The position numbers and the translations under genes are program-made. The notes beneath the pieces were generated by a model. The model was given only the letters and a program-made list of their open reading frames with translations, was not told where the DNA came from and made no database searches. From assembly GCA_031420415.1 (NCBI GenBank), contig JANOMT010000039.1, positions 12,818 to 76,817 on the forward strand: a DNA stretch of 64,000 bases, given 5' to 3'. Position 1 is the stretch's first letter; the number at the start of each line of letters is the position of its first letter. Source of the DNA: Vulcanimicrobiota bacterium (GTDB lineage: Bacteria > Vulcanimicrobiota > Vulcanimicrobiia > Vulcanimicrobiales > Vulcanimicrobiaceae). This document shows, in pieces, positions 57,965-64,000 of this stretch.

Positions 57965-59230
57965 ATGACGTCCAATCGCGCGAATATCGTTCTCGGCATT
58001 CAATGGGGCGATGAAGGTAAAGGGCGCGTTGTCGACTCGTTTGCCAAAGACTACGATCTCGTTGCGCGTTTCGGTGGCGGCGATAATGCCGGGCACACGC
58101 TCGTCGTCGGCGACCGTAAAATCGCGTTGCGGATCGTGCCGAGCGGCGTCCTGCAGGAACGGCCGCATCTTTTCATCGGCGGCGGATGCGTCGTGAGCCT
58201 CGACGGGATCGTCGAGGAACTCGATATGCTCGCGAGCATCGGCGTCGATATTTCGCGCATCAAGATCTCCGACCGCGCGCACGTCGTCTTCCCGTATCAT
58301 GCCGCGCTCGATCGAGCGAGCGAGAAGGCCCGCGGTGATGCGGCGATCGGAACCACTGGTCGCGGAATCGGCCCGGCATACACGGATAAAGCCGCGCGCG
58401 TCGGGATCAGCTTCGGTGAACTGCGCAAGAAAGAAGCGCTCGCGGATAAGATTCGGTACAATATCATCTCGCGCGCGTCGCAATTTGCCATGATGGATGC
58501 GGCGCCGCGCGAAGAAGACGTGATCGCGCAGACGCTCAAACATCTGCCGCGCGTCTTGCCGCACGTCGTCGACGGCGTCTCGTATCTCCACGAGATGCTC
58601 GAATCCGATAAGCGCGTGCTCATCGAAGGCGCGCAGGGCACGTTGCTCGACGTAGGCTACGGCACGTATCCGTTTGTGACCAGTTCGCACACGATTGCGG
58701 GCGGCGCATGCACGGGGCTCGGGCTCGGCCCGACGGCGATCGGCAACGTCGTTGGCGTGGCGAAGGCATATTGCACGCGCGTCGGCGCGGGGCCGTTTCC
58801 CTCGGAGCTCTTCGATGCGACGGGTGATGCGCTGCGGTCGCGCGGCGGCGAATTCGGAACGGTGACCGGTCGTCCCCGACGTTGCGGTTGGTTCGATGCG
58901 GTCGCGACGAAATATGCGGTGCGCGTCAACGGCCTCACCTCGGCCGTCATCACCAAACTCGACGTGCTCAGCGGTTGTGAGAAGATTGCAATCGTGACGG
59001 GGTATCACAGTGGCGGGAAGAGCGTCGGTTTCGAGTCGGCTGGCGATGCGAACCTCGAACTCGAACTCGCGTGGTACGACGGCTGGAGCGAGGATCTTAC
59101 CGCGATCCGCAAGATCGCGAACCTTCCGAAAAATGCGCGCGTTTACGTCGAAGCGTTGCAACGGGCTCTCGGGGTTCCGATCGACGGCGTCTCGGTCGGG
59201 CCCGAGCGAAGCGCGATGGCGCAACCCTAG
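57965..59230 (+). CDS. purA: adenylosuccinate synthase
   Basis: GIQWGDEGKGRVVD, GGDNAGHT and GTTGRGIGP motifs. Confidence 0.95.
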   Translation: MTSNRANIVLGIQWGDEGKGRVVDSFAKDYDLVARFGGGDNAGHTLVVGDRKIALRIVPSGVLQERPHLFIGGGCVVSLDGIVEELDMLASIGVDISRIKISDRAHVVFPYHAALDRASEKARGDAAIGTTGRGIGPAYTDKAARVGISFGELRKKEALADKIRYNIISRASQFAMMDAAPREEDVIAQTLKHLPRVLPHVVDGVSYLHEMLESDKRVLIEGAQGTLLDVGYGTYPFVTSSHTIAGGACTGLGLGPTAIGNVVGVAKAYCTRVGAGPFPSELFDATGDALRSRGGEFGTVTGRPRRCGWFDAVATKYAVRVNGLTSAVITKLDVLSGCEKIAIVTGYHSGGKSVGFESAGDANLELELAWYDGWSEDLTAIRKIANLPKNARVYVEALQRALGVPIDGVSVGPERSAMAQP

Positions 59231-59268
59231 GGCTTGTCGTTCGCGACCTTCGTCGCGATAGGCTTACC

Positions 59269-59754
59269 GTGAAGCGCTTTCGGTACGCCCATCAGGTCGC
59301 ACTCCACGTTGCATCGGATCGCGAGCGCGCGGCCGCGCGGCAGTTCGCCTCCGCGCGCGTCGCACATCTCGCGGCACTCGCACATCGCGCGGACATCGAT
59401 CGCGACGAGGGCGAACTGCGTGCGCACCTCCTTTCGCCCTCGCGCGACTTCCCGAGCATGACGATCCGCGGCGGCGCAGCGCAGCTCGTCGCATTCGAGC
59501 GATGTCTCGCGATCTACGCGAAGCGCCGATGTTCTGCCGATGCGAAGATCGCGCTGTCGGAAGGCGAGCACCTGCGCGCGCGCGAGCATTTGGCGACGCG
59601 GCGAAACGAACGCGACGCGCTCGAGCGGCACCGACGCCGCGCGGTCGAAGCGCACGTGCTCGCCTGCGATCGCATCGAAGCAAACGAGCTTGACGAGGCC
59701 GCTTCCCTCGCTCACGAGGCGCGCGTGGGCGACGCTCGGAAGGACGCTGCGTGA
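59269..59754 (+). CDS. FliJ-like coiled-coil protein (flagellar export chaperone family, tentative)
   Basis: Plus-strand frame with a strong G/C third-position bias. It begins VKRFRYAHQVAL (compare the K.F.Y...vl start of FliJ) and ends with E.NELDEAAS (compare the ..EMDE.. end of FliJ). GTG at 59269. Its stop overlaps the flbD start. Confidence 0.45.
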   Translation: MKRFRYAHQVALHVASDRERAAARQFASARVAHLAALAHRADIDRDEGELRAHLLSPSRDFPSMTIRGGAAQLVAFERCLAIYAKRRCSADAKIALSEGEHLRAREHLATRRNERDALERHRRRAVEAHVLACDRIEANELDEAASLAHEARVGDARKDAA

Positions 59755-59945
59755 TCGTCTTACATCGGCCAAGCGGCCACATCGTCGTCGTCAATGCCGA
59801 TATCATCGAGACCGTCGAAGCCGTTCCTGGCGGCGCGAGCGCGGTAACGTTGACGTCGGGCAACGTTCTGGAAGTCGCCGAAACGCCAGAAGCCGTGCGT
59901 GCCGCCGCCATCGCTTTTCGGCGCGCGATTTTGGCGGGGCCGTAA
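59751..59945 (+). CDS. flbD: flagellar FlbD family protein
   Basis: MIVLHRPSGHIVVVNADIIETVEAVPGGASAVTLTSGNVLEVAETPEAV fits the FlbD pattern (MI.L.R.nG....vN.d.IE.ie..Pd..itL..G....V.Es.eEv). Confidence 0.7.
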   Translation: MIVLHRPSGHIVVVNADIIETVEAVPGGASAVTLTSGNVLEVAETPEAVRAAAIAFRRAILAGP

Positions 59946-59946
59946 C

Positions 59947-60321
59947 GTGGAGCTTGCCTTTGTCGGTCGGCTCCTCGCGGCGTGCGTCGTTATCGGGCTC
60001 GTGCTTGCCGGCGTCCAGCTCGTCGCACGTCGGGCGCTTCGCGTCCGGCTTCAAGGCGGCGGCGGCAAGCTCGTAACCCTGCTCGAGACGACGTACCTGC
60101 CGGGTTCGGCGAGCGTCCACGTTTTGCGCGTCGTGGACCGATATTACGCCGTCGGACGTGGTGGAAGCGAAATCTCGACGCTCTGTGAAATTCCGTCCGA
60201 CCGCGTCGAAGCGCACTTGGCGAGGCAATCCCAGCAGATGGGTCCCCCGACCCTCCGAGCGATCTCGAGGCGCGTGTGGGGCGGCGGTGCGGCGCAGGCC
60301 GACGATTCGCGCGGCACCTGA
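59947..60321 (+). CDS. fliO: FliO/FliZ-like flagellar biosynthesis protein
   Basis: ORF trimmed to the GTG at 59947. One TM helix (LLAACVVIGLVLAGVQLV), then KLVTLLETTYLPGSASVHVLRVVDRYYAVGRGGSEISTLCEIP, colinear with E. coli FliO (LKISASASLGARERVVVVDVEDARLVLGVTAGQINLLHKLP). Confidence 0.6.
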   Translation: MELAFVGRLLAACVVIGLVLAGVQLVARRALRVRLQGGGGKLVTLLETTYLPGSASVHVLRVVDRYYAVGRGGSEISTLCEIPSDRVEAHLARQSQQMGPPTLRAISRRVWGGGAAQADDSRGT

Positions 60322-60734
60322 TGCGCCTCTACATCGTCGATGATGCCGCAGTAATGCGTGCGGCGATCGGCCATGTTGCAAGCTCGCTCGGCCACGCGGT
60401 CGTCGGTGAAGCGGCGTCGCTTGAAGACGCGCTCGTCGGGCTTGCGGAAATCGCGGTTGACGCAGTGCTCGTCGACGGCCGTCTTCCGACTGGAATCCGG
60501 AAGGCGATTCGGCGGGTGGAGGGCGAGAATTCGCTGATATCTGGGCTGCAGGTGCTCTGTCGCGCCGCTCCCGATGCCCGAATCATCGTCATTGCCGCGC
60601 TCGATGAAACGACGCTCGTTGCGCGAGCGTGCGCGGCGGGAGCGGCGGGCGCCCTGCTACGCCCCGTCTCGCGTTCCGGGCTCTCGGCGGCGCTCGCCGT
60701 GGTGCGGGGCGATTCCACGGATGCGAACACGTAG
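60321..60734 (+). CDS. CheY-like single-domain receiver with degenerate conserved residues
   Basis: MRLYIVDDAAVMR (compare B. subtilis CheY ILIVDDAAFMR). The acceptor Asp is present in VLVDG. However, the T/S position is Ala (IAAL), the conserved Lys is Arg (LLRPV), and there is an insertion after the acceptor Asp. The ATG overlaps the fliO TGA. Confidence 0.7.
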   Translation: MRLYIVDDAAVMRAAIGHVASSLGHAVVGEAASLEDALVGLAEIAVDAVLVDGRLPTGIRKAIRRVEGENSLISGLQVLCRAAPDARIIVIAALDETTLVARACAAGAAGALLRPVSRSGLSAALAVVRGDSTDANT

Positions 60735-60778
60735 CGGCGCGGGATGCGTCGCCTCGTGCGCGAACACAAGTAGGCATT

Positions 60779-61060
60779 ATGGCAGACGGATCGAGCCTCG
60801 AAACGTACGTGAATCACGCGAATTCCGCCGCATCGGCCGAATCGGCGCAACGCGCGACCCCGGAGCGAGCGGCAGGCGAAGCGACGACGCGTTCTCTTAC
60901 GTTCATCGGCGTCGCGATCGTTGCGGCCGGTCTCGTGTATGCGCTCGTGCGCGCGATCCTCGCGCGGCCACCCGCAGATCCCACGACGGAACGCATCCAA
61001 CAGTTAATCGATGAAGCGAATCGGCTGCTCAAGCAGCTCGATGAAAAGAAACCTGAGTAG
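60779..61060 (+). CDS. hypothetical single-pass membrane protein
   Basis: 93 aa from the ATG at 60779. It has one TM helix (LTFIGVAIVAAGLVYALV) and a charged helical tail. I recognised no family. Confidence 0.4.
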   Translation: MADGSSLETYVNHANSAASAESAQRATPERAAGEATTRSLTFIGVAIVAAGLVYALVRAILARPPADPTTERIQQLIDEANRLLKQLDEKKPE

Positions 61061-62486
61061 CGCGCTTCCGACGACGCCTCCCAAGACCGACGTTCGCCCG
61101 GTCCTGAACCCCGGAGACGTCGTCGAGATTCTGTGTACCGATCTCATCGCAAAGACGGGTCAGGCCGTCGGGCGTGCCGATGGCATGGTCGTTTACGTTC
61201 TCGGCCCCGTTCCAGGCGAACGCGCGCGCGTCAAGATCGACACCGTCAAAGCCAAGTACGCCGTCGGCGATCTCGTCGACTTGCTCGAACGCTCGCCCGA
61301 CCGGGTCGAGCCATTCTGTGCCGTTTTCGGCACCTGCGGCGGCTGTCAAGTGCAGCATCTCGCCTATCCCGCCCAATTGGTATGGAAGCGCGGCATCGTC
61401 GAAAACGCCTTACGGCGACTCGGCGGAATCGAAGGCGCGCGTGTCGGCGCGCCCGTCGGGATGGAGAATCCGCGCGCGTATCGCAATAAGATGGCGCTCG
61501 TCGTCGATCACGCCTCGCCCGAGGCTGCGCCGTCGTTTGGATTTTACGCGGCGCGGACGCACGATATCGTCCCGATCGAACGCTGTCCGATCGTGATGCC
61601 GCAACTCGACGCCGCAATCGTCGGCCTATGGGATGCCGCCCGCGATCCCGCGACGACGCACGCTTTCGACGGCGCGCGACACGTTATCGCGCGCGCGGGA
61701 CACGCTTCCGGCGAGAGCGTCCTTTCGATAACGACCGATCGCGCATCGACGACTCTTCCCACACTCGGCGCGGCACTCGCAGCGAAATTACCCGGCACCG
61801 TTGGCGTGAGTAATTCGTACGAGCCGCCGAGTGAAAATGCGGTGATGGGTCGGCGCAACGTCACGGTTGCCGGAAACGCATCGATGCACGAAGCGATCGG
61901 CGATGTCGCATTCAACGTTTCGCCGGCTTCGTTCTTTCAAGTCAATAGCGAGATGGTCGGGAAAATTTTCGCGTACCTCGCGTCGCAACCGCTCGCCGAG
62001 AAGCGCTTCATCGATCTCTATTGTGGCGCGGGTACCTTCGCGCTTTTCTTCGCGAAGGCGGGCGCGCGCGTCGTCGGCATCGAGGAAAATCCGAGTGCCA
62101 TTCGCGAGGCCAACGCCAACGCCGCGGTCAACGGCGTCGGCGAGCGCACGGCCTTCATGAACGGTCGCGTCGAATCGGTGCTTCGGTCGAAGACCGGTAC
62201 CGACGCGCTCAAAGCCGCCGATATCGTCTTTCTCGACCCGCCGCGGAAGGGCAGCGACGAAGGCACGCTCGATGCGCTCGTGCGCGCGAAGGTACCGCAC
62301 GTGTGGTATCTCTCATGCAATCCCGCGACGCTCGCGCGCGATCTCGCGCATCTCATCGCGGGCGGATACGTGCTCGGATCGGTGCAGCCGTTCGACATGT
62401 TCCCGCAGACCGGACACATCGAAGCGCTCGCCGCGTTACATCGCGCGGATGTCGTGCCGTTTTCATTTCCGATCTCGGAGACTTAG
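61041..62486 (+). CDS. rlmD: 23S rRNA (uracil-C5)-methyltransferase RlmD/RumA family
   Basis: N-terminal TRAM domain, the Fe-S cysteine cluster CAVFGTCGGCQVQH, the SAM motif DLYCGAGTF, and DPPRKG. Start taken at the ATG at 61041. Confidence 0.85.
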   Translation: MKRNLSSALPTTPPKTDVRPVLNPGDVVEILCTDLIAKTGQAVGRADGMVVYVLGPVPGERARVKIDTVKAKYAVGDLVDLLERSPDRVEPFCAVFGTCGGCQVQHLAYPAQLVWKRGIVENALRRLGGIEGARVGAPVGMENPRAYRNKMALVVDHASPEAAPSFGFYAARTHDIVPIERCPIVMPQLDAAIVGLWDAARDPATTHAFDGARHVIARAGHASGESVLSITTDRASTTLPTLGAALAAKLPGTVGVSNSYEPPSENAVMGRRNVTVAGNASMHEAIGDVAFNVSPASFFQVNSEMVGKIFAYLASQPLAEKRFIDLYCGAGTFALFFAKAGARVVGIEENPSAIREANANAAVNGVGERTAFMNGRVESVLRSKTGTDALKAADIVFLDPPRKGSDEGTLDALVRAKVPHVWYLSCNPATLARDLAHLIAGGYVLGSVQPFDMFPQTGHIEALAALHRADVVPFSFPISET

Positions 62487-62490
62487 GATC

Positions 62491-62787
62491 GTGGCATCGG
62501 GCGACATCGACGTTGCGTACGTCGCAAAGCTTGCGCGGCTCGCGCTCACGCCCGCCGAAGTCGAGCGGTTCGGCGCGCAACTCGGTGCGCTACTCGTTTA
62601 CGTCGACGAGCTCGCGAAGCTGCCCGTCGACGACGTCGCGGCGACGGCGCAAGTCATCCCGCAGTGCAACGTGATGCGCGACGACGTCGTCAAGGCGTCG
62701 CTCGATCGCGAGACCGTCCTCAAAGGCGCACCGCGTCGCGAGGGGTCGTATTTTCGCGTGCCGCGCATCATCGGTGAAGAGGCATGA
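62491..62787 (+). CDS. gatC: Asp-tRNA(Asn)/Glu-tRNA(Gln) amidotransferase subunit C
   Basis: GTG at 62491. VAKLARLALTPAEVERFGAQLGALLVYVDEL. 98 aa. Confidence 0.9.
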   Translation: MASGDIDVAYVAKLARLALTPAEVERFGAQLGALLVYVDELAKLPVDDVAATAQVIPQCNVMRDDVVKASLDRETVLKGAPRREGSYFRVPRIIGEEA

Positions 62788-64000
62788 GCCACATCGATGC
62801 AACCGCGACGGCAATATCACGCGCGGTCAACGCACGCGAAATCTCTGCCGTGGAATTGGCGACGGCAATGCACGCGCGCATCGGCGAACGCGACGGCGCG
62901 GTCGGTGCGTATCTTTCGGAGACGGCGGATCTCGCGCGCGCGCACGCGGAGCGCGTGGATGCGCGCGTCGCGGCTGGGGAACGGTTACCGCTCGCGGGCG
63001 TGCCGCTGGCGATCAAAGACAATATGTGCCTCACGGGTACGGTCACAACGTGCGCGTCGAAGATTCTCGAGCACTGGGTTTCGCCGTACACGGCGACGGC
63101 CGTGCAGCGCTTGCTCGACGCGGGCGCGATTCCGCTCGGTAAAACCAACATGGACGAATTTGCGATGGGCAGTTCGTGTGAGAATAGCGCGCTGCGTAAA
63201 ACCGCAAATCCGTGGGATCTCGGTCGCGTGCCCGGCGGTAGTTCGGGTGGCAGCGTTGCCGCGGTTGCGGCGGGTGAAGCCACGATCGCACTCGGTAGCG
63301 ATACCGGCGGCTCGATTCGCGAACCCGCCGCGTTCTGCGGCGTCGTCGGCTTCAAACCGACCTACGGTCGCGTCTCGCGCTACGGGCTCATCGCGTTTGC
63401 CTCGAGCCTCGATCAGATCGGCCCGATCTCGAAGACGGTTGAAGACTCCGCGCTCGTTTACGACGTGATGGCGGGGCTCGATCCCATGGATGCAACGTCC
63501 GTCGATCGTCCCGTCGAGACGACGGCGACGATGCTCCGAGAGGATCTGCGCGGCGTGCGCGTCGGCATCGTGGATGAATTCTCACTCGACAAACTCGATG
63601 CCGACGTGCGTGCGGTCTACGAGGCTGCATATGCAGATCTCGTGCGACTCGGCGCGACCCTCGTGCCCGTGAAGTTACCGACGGCCGATTACGGGGTGGC
63701 GACGTATTATCTCATCGCACCCGCGGAATGTTCGTCCAATCTCGCACGCTTCGACGGCATGCGATACGGCTTGCGTGTCGAGGGCAGCGACGTCGGCGCG
63801 ACGTACGAGGCGACGCGTGCTGCGGGATTTGGCGACGAAGTCAAACGCCGGATCCTCATCGGCACGTACGCGCTTTCGAGCGGCTTTTACGACGCGTATT
63901 ACGTGCGCGCGCAAAAAGCGCGAACCTTAATTGCGGCTGACTTCGCGAAAGCGTTTGCCGACTGCGATGTGATCGCATGCCCCTCAGCGTCGACGCCGGC
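62784..64000 (+). CDS. gatA: Asp-tRNA(Asn)/Glu-tRNA(Gln) amidotransferase subunit A (3' end beyond the window)
   Basis: My own translation from the ATG at 62784 (ATGA overlap with gatC). It has the amidase signature GGSSGGSVAAVAAGEATIALGSDTGGSIR and LAGVPLAIKDN. There is no stop before 64000, so it is absent from the ORF track. Confidence 0.95.
   Translation, partial: MSHIDATATAISRAVNAREISAVELATAMHARIGERDGAVGAYLSETADLARAHAERVDARVAAGERLPLAGVPLAIKDNMCLTGTVTTCASKILEHWVSPYTATAVQRLLDAGAIPLGKTNMDEFAMGSSCENSALRKTANPWDLGRVPGGSSGGSVAAVAAGEATIALGSDTGGSIREPAAFCGVVGFKPTYGRVSRYGLIAFASSLDQIGPISKTVEDSALVYDVMAGLDPMDATSVDRPVETTATMLREDLRGVRVGIVDEFSLDKLDADVRAVYEAAYADLVRLGATLVPVKLPTADYGVATYYLIAPAECSSNLARFDGMRYGLRVEGSDVGATYEATRAAGFGDEVKRRILIGTYALSSGFYDAYYVRAQKARTLIAADFAKAFADCDVIACPSASTP

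Noticed and set aside
59227-59772. A minus-strand 181-aa ORF (and 59264..59911) opposite the FliJ-like gene.
   Set aside because: The plus-strand frame shows the strong G/C third-position bias seen in real genes of this window, and it is translationally coupled to flbD. The minus-strand translation has no recognisable motif.

Overview
This is a GC-rich (judged by eye, not computed), densely coding bacterial chromosomal segment. I can support about 70 protein genes, 6 tRNA genes, one frameshifted pseudogene, several intrinsic terminators and two near-consensus sigma-70 promoters. I saw no rRNA, CRISPR array, transposase, integrase or phage genes.

Layout:
- 1-9146 (minus strand): a complete pentose-phosphate operon, tkt, fused tal-pgi, gnd, zwf, opcA, pgl.
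- 9.2-15.4 kb: dapD plus an aminotransferase, a small collagen-like membrane ORF, an aldehyde dehydrogenase, an ftcD-like gene and radA.
- 15.5-25.5 kb: a tightly coupled plus-strand string, cmk, plsC, ispH, polyprenyl synthase, a 1090-aa double GT-C glycosyltransferase, yebC, a PASTA protein, rpe, thiL.
- 26-46.7 kb: rpmB, then plsX, hemW, yacL, ispD, ispF, a gltX C-terminal relic, cysE, cysS, rlmB, a solute-binding protein, sigH, a tRNA-bounded block, rpmG, tRNA-Trp, secE, nusG, rplK, rplA, an EAL gene, rplJ, rplL.
- 46.7-64 kb: an M48 peptidase, a membrane pyrophosphatase, a flavoprotein, an orphan ABC permease, fliA, an alkB pseudogene, ftsY, recA, recX, a GH125 hydrolase, purA, a four-gene flagellar mini-cluster, rlmD, gatC and gatA (partial).

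The gene order is strikingly Bacillus-like, and the SigH ortholog is very conserved.

I did not find a defence-island-like or clearly novel multi-gene system. The most unusual signal is a recurring pattern. At positions where the Bacillus gene order predicts a full gene or operon, only a truncated but apparently intact and translationally coupled version is present:
- a kinase-less PrkC ectodomain;
- a stand-alone GltX anticodon-binding domain;
- a fliJ-flbD-fliO-cheY skeleton of the fla/che operon, with a degenerate CheY.

Other points of interest are a degenerate EAL gene inserted between rplKA and rplJL, and a fused double GT-C glycosyltransferase coupled to isoprenoid carrier synthesis.

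All functional calls come from motif and sequence recognition by eye. No database search was run.
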